IMG/VR virus record: IMGVR_UViG_3300028585_000003
Span: 3,302 to 67,301 of that record
DNA from: a virus
DNA length: 64,000 nucleotides
Strand: one strand, 5' to 3'
Shown here: positions 8,524 through 18,410 of the stretch, in pieces
How positions within the stretch are numbered: position 1 is the stretch's first letter
Layout: each line of letters begins with the position of its first letter
The notes under the pieces: generated by a model
Told to the model about the DNA's origin: nothing
The model's input: only the letters and a program-made list of their open reading frames with translations
Databases searched by the model: none
Made by a program: the position numbers and the translations under genes

Positions 8524-9375
8524 TTATGCAGCCTTGCGGGCGCTGGTGCGGGCCGCTGCGATGCGGGCTTCTTCGTATGCTTCGACGCCGGGGATGCGCA
8601 GCTCGGTACGCTGGGCCTTCGCCAGCTCGTTCAAGCCCATCATCTTCACGTCGATCCAGTCGTGGTATTCCGGGTGGTCGGCGATGTAGCGGAGCAGGGC
8701 GGGGAGGTCGGTGATGCGCGCCTTCCACACGTCGGCGGTCGTGATGCCCTCGACCGTGGGCACGTTCGTTGCGGCGGTCGCAGCGATAACGACGCCGGTT
8801 GTCTGTTGCAGCGCCAACGACGTGTTGTGCGCTTCCTCGGCGGCCGTCAGCGCAGCGGCGACGCCTTCGGTATCACCCACTGCCATCAGCTCGTTTGCGC
8901 GGGCATGTTCGGCCGCTGCCAGATCGGCCTGTTTCTTTGCCTCGGCCGCGAGCTGGACGCGCTGTTCGTTCGCGATCTTGTCGAGCAGGGCTTGCTGGAC
9001 GGCTGCCTTGCGCTTTTCTTCGCGGTCGTATTCCAGCATCGAGCCCTTGAGCATCTTGATTTGCCCGTCCAGCCGGTCGAGAGGTTTTCTGAACAAGTCC
9101 ATGATGAGCTTCTTCGCCGCGTCCATCGGGCGCGTGATGGCGAGGCGCTGATCTTCGATGCGCTTGTACACCGCCTGCAAATCGACCAGCTCGGCAGCGG
9201 CCAGCGAGTACATCATCGGGTCGTTGATGATGGTGACGAACAGGTTGTTGCAGGTGCTATCGGCCAGCTCCCACAGTTCCTCGGCCTTCGGTGTGCCCGC
9301 AGGCAGCGGCGCGGCGACGACCAGCGCGCCGTCGTTCGCGGCTTGGCCTGCGGCCGCTAGTTTCTTACTTGCCAT
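8524..9375 (-). CDS. Coiled-coil phage protein of recombination module
   Basis: Ala/Glu/Lys coiled coil, C-terminal WKARITD...IPGVEAYEE; typical neighbour of exonuclease/SSAP genes. Confidence 0.6.
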   Translation of the reverse strand: MASKKLAAAGQAANDGALVVAAPLPAGTPKAEELWELADSTCNNLFVTIINDPMMYSLAAAELVDLQAVYKRIEDQRLAITRPMDAAKKLIMDLFRKPLDRLDGQIKMLKGSMLEYDREEKRKAAVQQALLDKIANEQRVQLAAEAKKQADLAAAEHARANELMAVGDTEGVAAALTAAEEAHNTSLALQQTTGVVIAATAATNVPTVEGITTADVWKARITDLPALLRYIADHPEYHDWIDVKMMGLNELAKAQRTELRIPGVEAYEEARIAAARTSARKAA

Positions 9376-9940
9376 GTTTGGCTCTCCATGTTTGAACCGC
9401 CAGCAGACCCATGAAGCAGGGGAGGTCGCCGGGGTCGGTAAATTCTTGCAGGCGGTAGGTGCCGTCCGGGCGCAGGCCCAGCGCGAAGCGCTTTTCGATG
9501 CCCGCGCCTTCGAGGTTGTGCGCTTCTTTGTAGGCGGCGAGCTGCGGGCCGATCACCGGGCCGAGCGTCATCATTTTCTTAATGTCCACCACGGACTTGA
9601 CGCCCCGGATCGCGCCGGTACGGTCGGACGATCCGCAGTAGCCAAGCGGGTGGTATAGGCGCTTCTCGATGGTGTCGGGCACGAACTCGACTTCTTCGCG
9701 AAAGCGCTTCCAGCCGTCGAGGTACGGGACCAGAATCGGGTCCAGGTCGTCCTCGTCCAGCGTGCCCAGGTCGTACAGCTCGGTCGTCTTGTGAACCAGC
9801 GTGCCCAGCGCGGCCGCGCGCGCCAGCACGTCCGGGTTGATGCCCGAGTAGTCCACCAGCGGCTTGAGAATGCCCGTCACAGACGGGACCAGCACGCCGT
9901 TGTAGCGGTATTCGTGCCGGGCTTCGTTAAATACCAGCAT
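9365..9940 (-). CDS. PD-(D/E)XK exonuclease (Cas4/YqaJ-like)
   Basis: PSVT, GTLVH, GSSDR, VVDIKK, QLAAY motifs; start placed at TAATG overlap. Confidence 0.75.
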   Translation of the reverse strand: MLVFNEARHEYRYNGVLVPSVTGILKPLVDYSGINPDVLARAAALGTLVHKTTELYDLGTLDEDDLDPILVPYLDGWKRFREEVEFVPDTIEKRLYHPLGYCGSSDRTGAIRGVKSVVDIKKMMTLGPVIGPQLAAYKEAHNLEGAGIEKRFALGLRPDGTYRLQEFTDPGDLPCFMGLLAVQTWRAKHGK

Positions 9941-11277
9941 TACGCGGCCGCCTTCGCCACTTGGAACCATGCGAGCACCTGGGGGAACACCGGCACGGTC
10001 AGTTCTTTTGGCTCGATCTTGAATTCGGCCTTGAACTGATCGACAGTCAAGCCTCGGCGCGCCAGCTCTTTTTCGACAAAATCAATCTTCGGTGCCGACA
10101 ATGCCGGGCCTAATGGTGCTTTATCCTGCACTTTATTGGATGACTGTCCTGCATCTGGTGCATTTTTCTGCACTGGATCGGCGGCGGCCGGGGCCGGGGT
10201 TGCCTTCGTGCGCGGTTTCTTCTCGCCGACCGGGGCCGGTTCCTTCGCTGGCTGCGGGGCGACCTCCGCAGCGGCAGGCGCGGCCGGGGCGGCGGGCTCG
10301 AACAGGTCGGCCGTGGCCGTGTCCACCTCGGCATTGACGACCGGCAGCACCTCGCCAGTGTCCTTATCGCCCGACGCGGCGGCCGGTGCTGGCGTTGCCG
10401 GTTCCGTTGCCGGTGCGGTAGGTTCCGGGGCAGGCTCGGCGGCCGGTGCCTCGGTGACTTCGGCGGCGACCACGGCGGCCGGTTCGACAACCTTGGCGCG
10501 CGGCGCGCGTGGCTGGGCCGGTTCCGCGCTGCCCGCCTGCATCGCCAGTGAGCCGTCGGCCTGCGGCGTCACGTCGATAATGTCGTGCAGTTCCTCGGCC
10601 GTCGGCAGGCCCATCAACAGCTCGGGGTTGTAGGTCCGGCCGAAGAACGCGGCCGCGCGGTACTGCGCCATCGTTTGCGGCATGGTTTTCCACTTCGAGC
10701 CGTTGCGCGTGTACCAGCCCTCTTGCACCGCCATTTCCAGCGTAACGGGGGCCGACTCGATGCGCGTGCCCGCCTTGTCCGTCGTCCAGGCGACGCAGCG
10801 CGCATTCTTGATGCGGACGGTTTTGACGACTTCGTGCTTTTGATTGTTGACCCACTCGAACGTGATTTGCTTCGCGTCCACCTCGTCCAGCCACTCGAAC
10901 GCGAAGCGCAGATTGTGCGCGTACTGGCCGCTGTTGTTGATGAGCGCGATGATGAACGGCGAGCCCCAGGACGGGCGGCCTTCGATAACGTGCAGGTTTT
11001 GCATCACTTGCAGCGGCGATGCGTTCATGCGCTGGGCCAGATCGAGCGCGACCATGCAATTCGGCAGGGCGGCGTCGTTCTGGACCCACTTTTTATCGCG
11101 GCCGTAGCCCTCGGACACGACGGCCTGATATGCGGCCGGGACCATCGTGGAGGTCGCGAATAGCTTGGCGGCGCGCTGCATGAACTCGAACGAGGCGAGG
11201 TTCTGGAATCCCATCATGGTGCCCGCATCGTGCGCGGCGGCCACGGCGGTGACGGCGGTTTGTTGGTTATCGCTCAT
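9940..11277 (-). CDS. Putative single-strand annealing protein (RecT-like) with Ala/Pro-rich linker
   Basis: VMQNLHVIEGRPSW...SKWKTMPQTMAQYRAAAFFGR; adjacent to exonuclease. Confidence 0.6.
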   Translation of the reverse strand: MSDNQQTAVTAVAAAHDAGTMMGFQNLASFEFMQRAAKLFATSTMVPAAYQAVVSEGYGRDKKWVQNDAALPNCMVALDLAQRMNASPLQVMQNLHVIEGRPSWGSPFIIALINNSGQYAHNLRFAFEWLDEVDAKQITFEWVNNQKHEVVKTVRIKNARCVAWTTDKAGTRIESAPVTLEMAVQEGWYTRNGSKWKTMPQTMAQYRAAAFFGRTYNPELLMGLPTAEELHDIIDVTPQADGSLAMQAGSAEPAQPRAPRAKVVEPAAVVAAEVTEAPAAEPAPEPTAPATEPATPAPAAASGDKDTGEVLPVVNAEVDTATADLFEPAAPAAPAAAEVAPQPAKEPAPVGEKKPRTKATPAPAAADPVQKNAPDAGQSSNKVQDKAPLGPALSAPKIDFVEKELARRGLTVDQFKAEFKIEPKELTVPVFPQVLAWFQVAKAAA

Positions 11278-11290
11278 GGTGTGATCCGGC

Positions 11291-11443
11291 TTAGTGGGCG
11301 GTAGGGGTGATGAGGCGCGGCGGGACCAGCATGTGCGGGTACGGCGTGAGGCCGCGCTGTTGGAGGTAGCGGCGGGCCAGAACCCACTTTGCCGCCAGGG
11401 TGCGGTCGCCGAACAGCTGGCGGGCTTTGGACGTGGTGCTCAT
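11291..11443 (-). CDS. Small hypothetical protein
   Basis: MSTTSKARQLF...; overlapping-stop coupling in PL operon. Confidence 0.45.
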   Translation of the reverse strand: MSTTSKARQLFGDRTLAAKWVLARRYLQQRGLTPYPHMLVPPRLITPTAH

Positions 11444-11583
11444 ACTGGCAGCACCACGACGGAGCAGAGGTAGCCAAAACGGGCGGCGACAGCTTCGTGC
11501 GCCTCGGCGCTGGTGAAGGCGGCTTGGTCGAACACATGGCGCTCGCCGGTTTGGGTCTGAACTTTTACGCTGTATGTACTCAT
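11440..11583 (-). CDS. Small hypothetical protein, first gene of PL operon
   Basis: MSTYSVKVQT...; GAGAG RBS. Confidence 0.5.
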   Translation of the reverse strand: MSTYSVKVQTQTGERHVFDQAAFTSAEAHEAVAARFGYLCSVVVLPV

Positions 11584-11649
11584 GCTGGTTCTCTCTACAA
11601 AGTGGGTTTTCATTAATTTTGCCATAGGCATAGAAATGCCTATGTGAAA

Positions 11650-11678
11650 AGTATAGTGATAGAAATACTTTCACGCAA
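11650..11678 (-). promoter_or_regulatory. PL-like promoter flanked by ATAGnnATGCCTAT operators (11630, 11678)
   Basis: TTGCGT-17-TATACT; palindrome CATAGGCAT-AGAA-ATGCCTATG at 11623-11644. Confidence 0.65.
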
Positions 11679-11776
11679 TAGCTATGCCTATATTTTTTTA
11701 CAGAAATCCCATAGGGCGCCGATATTTCTGTGCAGAAATTGTGGAAAAAAAGTGACTTTGTGAAGGGTAGGGACGT

Positions 11777-11800
11777 AAAAAAGCCCGCTCAAGGCGGGCT
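11777..11800 (-). terminator. Intrinsic terminator after cI
   Basis: AGCCCGC/GCGGGCT stem plus T6 on minus strand. Confidence 0.75.
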
Positions 11801-11832
11801 GTTCAGCGGCGGGAAGGGTTCGATAAAGTGAC

Positions 11833-12519
11833 TTAGCCGCCCATTCGGAGGACAAATCGCCCCTTCACTGTCAGCAATTCGGCTTCCTCGGGGGTGTAGC
11901 TCTCGTCGGGATAGCGGGTCTTGTCCTGGCTGTCGCTACGCAGGATAACGCGGCCGTCAGCGCGTCGATGAACTCGCTTTGCGCGCAGGCCGTCCAGAGT
12001 ATCAATCAGGTAGATGAAGCCGTCTTGAAAGTCAGTTACACCAGTGTCGAACAGCATTATGTCTCCGTGCATGATGTAAGGAGACATTGAATCCCCATCA
12101 GCGTAGAGAGCAACTAACTTTGAAATGAAGGAAAGTAGCTTTACATGGCATCTATCAAGCAATTTCTTGCTGATTGCTATAGGAGTGGTGTCGATATCTC
12201 CGTACATTCGCCCGTTGCCGCAGCTCCCCCGACAATCAAGCAGTGGGACCATATAGCTGTCTTCGGCCGATGCTAGCCTCTCGATAGTCCCTGCCGGGAC
12301 CATCTCGCCCCGGCCACTCTCAAGCCAAAGGGCACTCACGCCCAGGGCGGCTGCGATAGAGGCCAAGCTACCACTTGTGTGGGCTCGGTTCTTCTCCAGG
12401 GCCGAGATAGTCGGCTGAGTCAGGCCCGCACGCTGGCCCAATTTTTCTTGTGAAAGTCCTAATTCCATGCGGCGCATCTTTACGCGCTCGCCGGTCGTCA
12501 TCGTGCGGTTAGTTGTCAT
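11833..12519 (-). CDS. cI: CI-like repressor (XRE HTH plus S24 autopeptidase)
   Basis: LSQEKLGQRAGLTQPTISALE HTH; GDSMSP catalytic Ser and AKR Lys. Confidence 0.9.
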   Translation of the reverse strand: MTTNRTMTTGERVKMRRMELGLSQEKLGQRAGLTQPTISALEKNRAHTSGSLASIAAALGVSALWLESGRGEMVPAGTIERLASAEDSYMVPLLDCRGSCGNGRMYGDIDTTPIAISKKLLDRCHVKLLSFISKLVALYADGDSMSPYIMHGDIMLFDTGVTDFQDGFIYLIDTLDGLRAKRVHRRADGRVILRSDSQDKTRYPDESYTPEEAELLTVKGRFVLRMGG

Positions 12520-12646
12520 GCTTGTTCCGTTGCTATTTTGACTACTGCTTTAATTAAGATGCTTATATTTCGTCGTTATACACTATATCTGTAAAGAAAT
12601 AAAGTCATAAAAAACCCGTTGCTTTATGGAACATAATGTTAAATGA

Positions 12647-12675
12647 TTGTCGGCAAGTATCGGGATGCTTATAAT
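12647..12675 (+). promoter_or_regulatory. PR-like promoter with overlapping operator
   Basis: TTGTCG-17-TATAAT; ATCGGGATGCTTAT 12659-12672. Confidence 0.7.
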
Positions 12676-12754
12676 TGTAGGTGCATTCTTACGAAACGGT
12701 GGGCGGTTTGCTATTTCCTCTGCCGAACATCAAAAAAATATTAAGGTTTCACTA

Positions 12755-12982
12755 ATGAAAGTTGTAGACGTCAAGCAGGCCATCGCTACCTTGTCGAGCA
12801 AGATGACGCAGGCTGAAATCGCTGCGGAGCTGAAATGCACCCAGGCCAACGTTTCGTATCACCTGAACAATACGGCTAAGAATCCTTGCACCTCGGCCAT
12901 CTTGGTCGAGCGCATCAAGGCGGCCTTTGCGAGCCGCAACCTGGTCGTGCCGATGCGCGCCGTGGAAGTGGAGGCGATCTAA
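12755..12982 (+). CDS. cro: Cro-like HTH protein
   Basis: MTQAEIAAELKCTQANVSYHL; divergent from cI. Confidence 0.7.
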   Translation: MKVVDVKQAIATLSSKMTQAEIAAELKCTQANVSYHLNNTAKNPCTSAILVERIKAAFASRNLVVPMRAVEVEAI

Positions 12983-13533
12983 TGGCGAAGCACGGCAGCA
13001 AGGCAAAGCGCTCGAAGGCATACCGCCCGAAGCCCAAGAACCCGAACGCGGCATTTACCGTGATCCGCTCGCACTGGCGTAAGCACTTCAACGGTGCTGT
13101 CGATACGGCCGAGAAAGCCCAGCTACGCGCCCGCTTCAATGAGGCCGTCGGCGCGGACCAGCAAGAGAAGCTGTCCGAGGAATTCCGCACCGCGTTCGTC
13201 GCCATGCTCACTGGCGGCGGCACCATGGAAGATTTCAGCGAAGTGACCGGCGCACTCAACACGGCCCTGGTGCTGTGCGAGCGTGGATTCGGCGAGGAAT
13301 ACCTGGACGCCATGATCGCGGCCCAGGGCCAGATTTTCGCCGTGAAGCTGCACTTCGATGCAACCGGCGAATGGGTCTTCACCGACGCGGCCTGCGACGC
13401 CATCAACGAAGGGTTGGACGTTCACGCGGCCCAGCTCGAACACACCAAACAAGCCGACGTGCTCTCTGCATATGCCGAAGTCGCGCGCCGTCTCGAACAA
13501 AACCAAGTCTACCGGGAAGCCAAAGCAGCATGA
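12982..13533 (+). CDS. Hypothetical phage protein
   Basis: ATG overlapping cro stop; phage-like codon usage. Confidence 0.6.
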   Translation: MAKHGSKAKRSKAYRPKPKNPNAAFTVIRSHWRKHFNGAVDTAEKAQLRARFNEAVGADQQEKLSEEFRTAFVAMLTGGGTMEDFSEVTGALNTALVLCERGFGEEYLDAMIAAQGQIFAVKLHFDATGEWVFTDAACDAINEGLDVHAAQLEHTKQADVLSAYAEVARRLEQNQVYREAKAA

Positions 13534-13793
13534 GCAACATCACCCTTTCGCAATTCGCACACGTCCTGGACCACTCGGAAGCAGAGCTGCTGGAGCGCAT
13601 GAAGCGCGACGGCATTTTGCAGGAGACGGGCATCCCGTATCAGGACTACGTGCGCCGCCGCTACTTCGCCATCGGCGAGCTGGGCGGCTGTGTCCTGGGC
13701 GTTGCTCTGACCGGCAAAGGGCAGGTATGGCTGGCGCGCCGCTACCCGGCTGGCTTCTCGTTCAAAGAGCGCAAGCTGGGAGCCCGCAAGTGA
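13530..13793 (+). CDS. Stand-alone KilA-C/antirepressor C-terminal domain protein
   Basis: PYQDYVRRRYF...LTGKGQVWL pattern. Confidence 0.65.
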   Translation: MSNITLSQFAHVLDHSEAELLERMKRDGILQETGIPYQDYVRRRYFAIGELGGCVLGVALTGKGQVWLARRYPAGFSFKERKLGARK

Positions 13794-13957
13794 ACGGCCG
13801 CCGAAAGAGTCAGGCGTTGACGTGCTCGCTCACGCGCAAGCGTTGCGTATGCGGCAAGCAAGTGACGGCAAAGCAGCTGGTCCTGTACGGCGTGTGCGAC
13901 ACCTGCATCAAGGCGCGCGCTGCCGCATCTACTGGAGCGGCGGCAGCAGCAAAATGA
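13790..13957 (+). CDS. Small Zn-finger-like protein
   Basis: CVCGK...CDTC; GTG overlapping upstream stop. Confidence 0.45.
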   Translation: MNGRRKSQALTCSLTRKRCVCGKQVTAKQLVLYGVCDTCIKARAAASTGAAAAAK

Positions 13958-14769
13958 CGTTGAAGCGCACTGAAATGGCGCGCGGCACCACGCCGATGCG
14001 CAACACAAAACCCATGAGCCAGGGCACCGTGCCGATGAATCGCGGCACGGCAATGATGAGTCGCGGCACCGCTTTGAAGCCGGGCACCGCGACGATGAGC
14101 CGGGGAACCGGCCTCAAGCGTAGCGGGGTGAAACTCGAAAGTGCTGGTAAGATTAAGGCAATTATTGGCATTTCTGTATTGGCAGAGCAGCCCCAGGCAG
14201 CACGCCAGCCGCGCAAGCGTCCTATGAAGACGACGCGGCCGAAGATGACTGCGATAAGGCAAAGTGCCCAAAACAAGGAATGTACGTTAAGATTCCCATG
14301 TTGCAATTACAGAATTGACACTACCGTGCTGTGCCATCGCAATGGCGCGGGCGGTGGGATGAAGGCACCGGACACGGATGCGGCCTATGGCTGCTACCCC
14401 TGTCATCAGGTGCTCGACGGCCAAGCGCCGCGCCCGGAAGGGTTCACGCGCGAGGCCATGCTGGCGAGGTTTGACGTGGCCGTGAGGCTCACGCATATCG
14501 AGCTGGCAGTGCAGGGCTTGATTCGGCTGCTGGAAAACGGCCGGGTTGAGGTGGTAGAAAAACAGGAGCAGAAAAAACAAAAGCCGTTGCCTGCTGGAAC
14601 AGGAAACGGCTTCAACTCGAATCAACTGATTGGGCAGTCAATGAGCAAGAAAATAGTACCACACATTAACAGTGTGGAGTGCGCGCACGCGCCTGAAAAC
14701 AGCGATTTTTCGCTAGAAATTCCCTCTATTTCATCATGTGTTCCCTCACGGCAGGAGAATGCGCGATGA
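13954..14769 (+). CDS. DUF1364-like putative nuclease with N-terminal MxRGT repeats
   Basis: CTLRFPCCN-TTVLCH-YGCYPCHQVLDG. Confidence 0.65.
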   Translation: MTLKRTEMARGTTPMRNTKPMSQGTVPMNRGTAMMSRGTALKPGTATMSRGTGLKRSGVKLESAGKIKAIIGISVLAEQPQAARQPRKRPMKTTRPKMTAIRQSAQNKECTLRFPCCNYRIDTTVLCHRNGAGGGMKAPDTDAAYGCYPCHQVLDGQAPRPEGFTREAMLARFDVAVRLTHIELAVQGLIRLLENGRVEVVEKQEQKKQKPLPAGTGNGFNSNQLIGQSMSKKIVPHINSVECAHAPENSDFSLEIPSISSCVPSRQENAR

Positions 14770-15110
14770 TCGGCTTCGTCTACCTGCTGGCGAACCCAGC
14801 CATGCCTGGAATCTACAAGATTGGTTGTACCGAGCGCAGTCCGGCACGTCGAGCCGCTGAGCTGTCGGCCGCAACTGCCTGCCCGGCCCCGTTCGAGGTC
14901 GTGTGCTTTTGGGAGGGCCATAATTTCCAAGCGTTTGAAATGGAGTTGCATGACGTGCTCTGCACCGCGCGCCTGAACGACTCGCGTGAATTCTTTACCG
15001 GGCACCCGCTGTCGTGGTTTGTGGCGCATGTTGATTCCTGGTGGGAGCACAAGCTGGGCTTCTACATCACGGACGCTGGGCGCGCGCGCCTGGAGCGGGG
15101 TGGCGTATGA
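14766..15110 (+). CDS. GIY-YIG (T5orf172-like) domain protein
   Basis: GFVYLLANPAMPGIYKIGCT...RRAAELS. Confidence 0.8.
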   Translation: MIGFVYLLANPAMPGIYKIGCTERSPARRAAELSAATACPAPFEVVCFWEGHNFQAFEMELHDVLCTARLNDSREFFTGHPLSWFVAHVDSWWEHKLGFYITDAGRARLERGGV

Positions 15111-16000
15111 GCATGGTTCATTCGTTCAACATCGAGCACGCCGCTGCCTACGGTATTCCCGAGGCCATTTTCATCGCGCACTTCCAGTTCTGGATCGTCA
15201 AGAACAGGGCGAACGGCACGCACCAGCATGAGGGTCGCACCTGGACGTACAACAGCGTCAAGGCGTTCCAGACGGTGTTCTCGTACCTGACCCCTGACCA
15301 GATTCGACGGGCTCTCGACAGCCTGGAGAAGAAGCATGGCGTGCTCGTTACCGGCTTCCATCACAAGGACAAGGGCAAGCGCGATAAGTGGTATGCCTTC
15401 GCCGATGAGGATGCGTTTTTACCCCATTTGGCAAAAACCCCAAATGCGGGCAAAGAGGGGGTAGACCCCCATTTGGGAAAAACCCCAAGTGGGTTGGGAA
15501 AAACCCCAAAACCACTTGGGAAAAACCCCAAATGTAGTAATGAAACAGATATAACCACAGGTGTAACCACAGATACACCTTCTGCACCCCTGACTCCCGG
15601 CGAGCTGTTCGAGCTAGCTTGGGCTGCGTACCCGAAAAGACCGGGAGCGAGTAAGAGCGATTCTTTGAAGCAATGGAATGCACGATTGAATGCTGGTGCT
15701 GACCCGCTGGAAATCATCGCAGGCGTCAAGGCTTACGCCGCCTACGTGATTGCCGACGGCACCCTGCCGAAGTACATCAAGCAGCCGGTGACGTTCTTCG
15801 GGCCGGGCAACCACTTCCGTGCCGACTGGTCCGTGCCGCAGGAGGCCGCCGCGCCTGCCGCCGCCACCCGCCCAGTCAAGTTCGATCCTAACGCTTACGT
15901 GAATTCAGGAGCAGCATATGCAAGCCCAGCACCAGCCGCAAACCATGCAGCAGCAGACCCATACACCATCGACGGCGAATTCCTGGAGCGCACCGCGTGA
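15107..16000 (+). CDS. Lambda O-like replication initiator
   Basis: N-terminal wHTH (WTYNSVKAFQTVFSYLT), internal iterons, C-terminal FELAWAAYPKR...YIKQPVTFFG domain. Confidence 0.75.
   Translation: MSMVHSFNIEHAAAYGIPEAIFIAHFQFWIVKNRANGTHQHEGRTWTYNSVKAFQTVFSYLTPDQIRRALDSLEKKHGVLVTGFHHKDKGKRDKWYAFADEDAFLPHLAKTPNAGKEGVDPHLGKTPSGLGKTPKPLGKNPKCSNETDITTGVTTDTPSAPLTPGELFELAWAAYPKRPGASKSDSLKQWNARLNAGADPLEIIAGVKAYAAYVIADGTLPKYIKQPVTFFGPGNHFRADWSVPQEAAAPAAATRPVKFDPNAYVNSGAAYASPAPAANHAAADPYTIDGEFLERTA
15428..15531. repeat. Four iterons TTGG(G/C)AAAAACCCCAA (15428, 15473, 15494, 15516): lytic origin candidate
   Basis: Near-exact quasi-palindromic 16-mers inside the initiator gene, followed by an A/T-richer stretch. 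Confidence 0.75.
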
Positions 16001-16772
16001 GGTGATGGTGATGGAGCCGGACGGCATGGGCGGGGTGCGTGAGGTGCCCCGGATGCTGTCGGCCATCGACCGGCTGTATGGCCGCTTCGCCTCGATGTAC
16101 ATGCACAAGTGGAGTTCGCACTTCACGTCGCCCGCCGTGATCGCGGACTGGAAAAAGGCGTGGTCGAGCGCCCTGATTGCCGAGGGCATCACGCCCAGGC
16201 TCGCGCTGGAGGGGGTGGAACGGTGCCGCACCGAATACCCGACGTGGCCGCCGAGTGAGGGCCAGTTCGTCGCCCTGTGCAAGCCGCCGATGGACTATGA
16301 GCAGGCTTTCCGCGACGCGGTGCGCGAGCTGCGCAAGCGCCTGCTGAACGACCCGGACAAGCAGCCGCATTGGCCGATCCCGGCGCTGTACTGGGCGACG
16401 GTAGATTATGGGCAGGGCGAGCTGGTGGAGGCGAGCTACGGGCAGGCCGCTGCGCGCTGGAAAAAGCTCTTGGATAATCGGCTCAAGGGCGACTGCCCGG
16501 ACGTGCCACAGTACGTTCCGCAGCTCGCCGCCCCGGCGCGCGACGAACAGGGCAAGGCGATCACCAGCGAACAGGCGAAAGCCAACGCCCTGGCCGCCAT
16601 GCGTGCCTTGGCCAGTCGCAAGCCGGACCGGGAAGTGTCTATTGCGAAGGCCCGCGCGACGCTGGCCCGGCATGAGGCGGGCGAGCTGGTATCGGCGCTC
16701 CTGTTGAGCCATGCCCGCGAGGTGCTGGCCCGGCTGGTGACGCCGGACCCGACCGACGACGAATCCACCTGA
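15918..16772 (+). CDS. Replication protein (lambda P-like position)
   Basis: WPPSEGQFVALC and WPIPALYW motifs; follows initiator. Confidence 0.55.
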   Translation: MQAQHQPQTMQQQTHTPSTANSWSAPREVMVMEPDGMGGVREVPRMLSAIDRLYGRFASMYMHKWSSHFTSPAVIADWKKAWSSALIAEGITPRLALEGVERCRTEYPTWPPSEGQFVALCKPPMDYEQAFRDAVRELRKRLLNDPDKQPHWPIPALYWATVDYGQGELVEASYGQAAARWKKLLDNRLKGDCPDVPQYVPQLAAPARDEQGKAITSEQAKANALAAMRALASRKPDREVSIAKARATLARHEAGELVSALLLSHAREVLARLVTPDPTDDEST

Positions 16773-16784
16773 CCGAGTACCGCC

Positions 16785-18410
16785 ATGAAAACCGAAGTCC
16801 TTAGCCTGATCCTTAGCCGCCCGAACGTCCGCACCGTGGAGATTGCCGACCGGCTCGATATGGAGCCCGATGCGGTGCGCCCGCTGATCGCGGACGAAAT
16901 CGCCCGAGGCGTGATCGTGGAAGAATCCATCGTCGCGCCGAACGGCCGCCCGGTTCTGTCGTTCCGGTACGCCAGTGCAGCGCCAGCGGCCGCCGTCGTA
17001 AGCGAGCTGGCCGCCGACCCATTCCCTGCCCGCGTGCTGCGCGCGCTGCCGCCGACTGAGCGGCCAGTGATCGAGCGCGAGCGCCCGCTGTCGTCGCGCC
17101 CAGCGCCACCGCCGCCGCCACCTGCTGCCGACCCGCTGACCCTGGCGCTGTCGCCCGCGCACGTCACGCCGGAGCATTCCGACGAACCGCTGGAAATCGA
17201 CGTGTCGGTGACGCGCAAGGAAGGCGTGCCCTCGGCCGCCGCCATCCCGGCCGTATTCACCGCTGGCCGCGCCAAAACGATGACGCGCGTAGAACTGGCG
17301 CTGGCCTGCCTGCGCGCCGCCGAGGGCAAGCCGGTATTTACGGTCGATCTGGCGTCGGCCATGGGCCTGCCGTCCGGCCACCATCCGACCAGCTACCTCA
17401 AGCAAGCGATGACCAGGGGCCGCGTGGTGCGCAGCGGAACCATGTGGACGCTGGGACCGAATGAGCCGGGCTATGTCGCGCTCGTCACGGCCCAGGAGCC
17501 GAAGCCAGCCGGGCCAGTGTTCCCGCGCGCCGATCCTGCTGCCCTGGCCGCCTATGTGCCGGGCTCGAAACGCTGCACGATGAACTGCGGCCCGCACGCC
17601 GACGATCCGCGCAGCGCCGCCGAGCGCGCCGTGCTGTGCGATGACTGCGAGCTGGTCGAAGTTGCCGCCGCCCCGGTCGCCCAGGTGGCCGCCGAGCTGC
17701 CTGCCCAGGAGCCCGACGTTGCTGGCGCGTGCCTCGCCGGGATCGCGGGCAACTGCGATTGCGACGACTGCAAGACGGTCGCGGCCCTGCAATCGGAGCT
17801 GGCGCTGGCCCCGGTTGCCGCTGCCCCCGTCGAGCCTGCCCTCGACACCCCTGCCGAGCAGCCCGCCGCCCAGGTGGCAGAAGCGCCCACGCTGGAAGTG
17901 CCCCGGTTCCTCGACCTTCCGACCGCCACCCCGAAATGGACGCCCGAGGCCGCCCGCGCCAAGGCCGCCGCACGCAAGGGTGAGCTGCCGACTGGCGGCC
18001 TGCCGAACATCAAGACTTCGTACCTGCCGCGTGTCGCCAGCGGCGCGCCAGACATTACCCGTAATGGCCTGTACGTAAACGGGGATTATCGGACGGGACC
18101 GGAAGAATTTGTGTTCAAGTCGATGGGCGTAAGTCAGTCCGAAACCGCCCGTTTGTGGGTGGGCAATATAGAAATTGGCGGCGGTGGCGCAATGCTGGGG
18201 TTCAATGCCGGGCAGATCAGCCAGATCGCGCCACCGGCCCCAGCGAACGATGCGGCCGCCGAGCGATTCCTGGCGGGCGTAATGTCCGACGGCTCGCTGG
18301 AAATCCGCGTGCCCGGCCAGCCGCAGTGTGACCTGACGCCCGAGCAGGCGCGCGAGCTGTACCAGTTTCTGCGCGCCGTGGGATATGCAGCATGGCCGAC
18401 AGCAGCGTAA
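16785..18410 (+). CDS. Pro/Ala-rich protein with wHTH-like segments
   Basis: RTVEIADRLDMEPDAVR and VFTVDLASAMG segments. Confidence 0.55.
   Translation: MKTEVLSLILSRPNVRTVEIADRLDMEPDAVRPLIADEIARGVIVEESIVAPNGRPVLSFRYASAAPAAAVVSELAADPFPARVLRALPPTERPVIERERPLSSRPAPPPPPPAADPLTLALSPAHVTPEHSDEPLEIDVSVTRKEGVPSAAAIPAVFTAGRAKTMTRVELALACLRAAEGKPVFTVDLASAMGLPSGHHPTSYLKQAMTRGRVVRSGTMWTLGPNEPGYVALVTAQEPKPAGPVFPRADPAALAAYVPGSKRCTMNCGPHADDPRSAAERAVLCDDCELVEVAAAPVAQVAAELPAQEPDVAGACLAGIAGNCDCDDCKTVAALQSELALAPVAAAPVEPALDTPAEQPAAQVAEAPTLEVPRFLDLPTATPKWTPEAARAKAAARKGELPTGGLPNIKTSYLPRVASGAPDITRNGLYVNGDYRTGPEEFVFKSMGVSQSETARLWVGNIEIGGGGAMLGFNAGQISQIAPPAPANDAAAERFLAGVMSDGSLEIRVPGQPQCDLTPEQARELYQFLRAVGYAAWPTAA

Noticed and set aside
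7207-9360. Long antisense ORFs (also 4194-5432, 15888-18515, 22538-23854, 43172-44656)
   Set aside because: GC-rich shadow frames opposite recognisable genes
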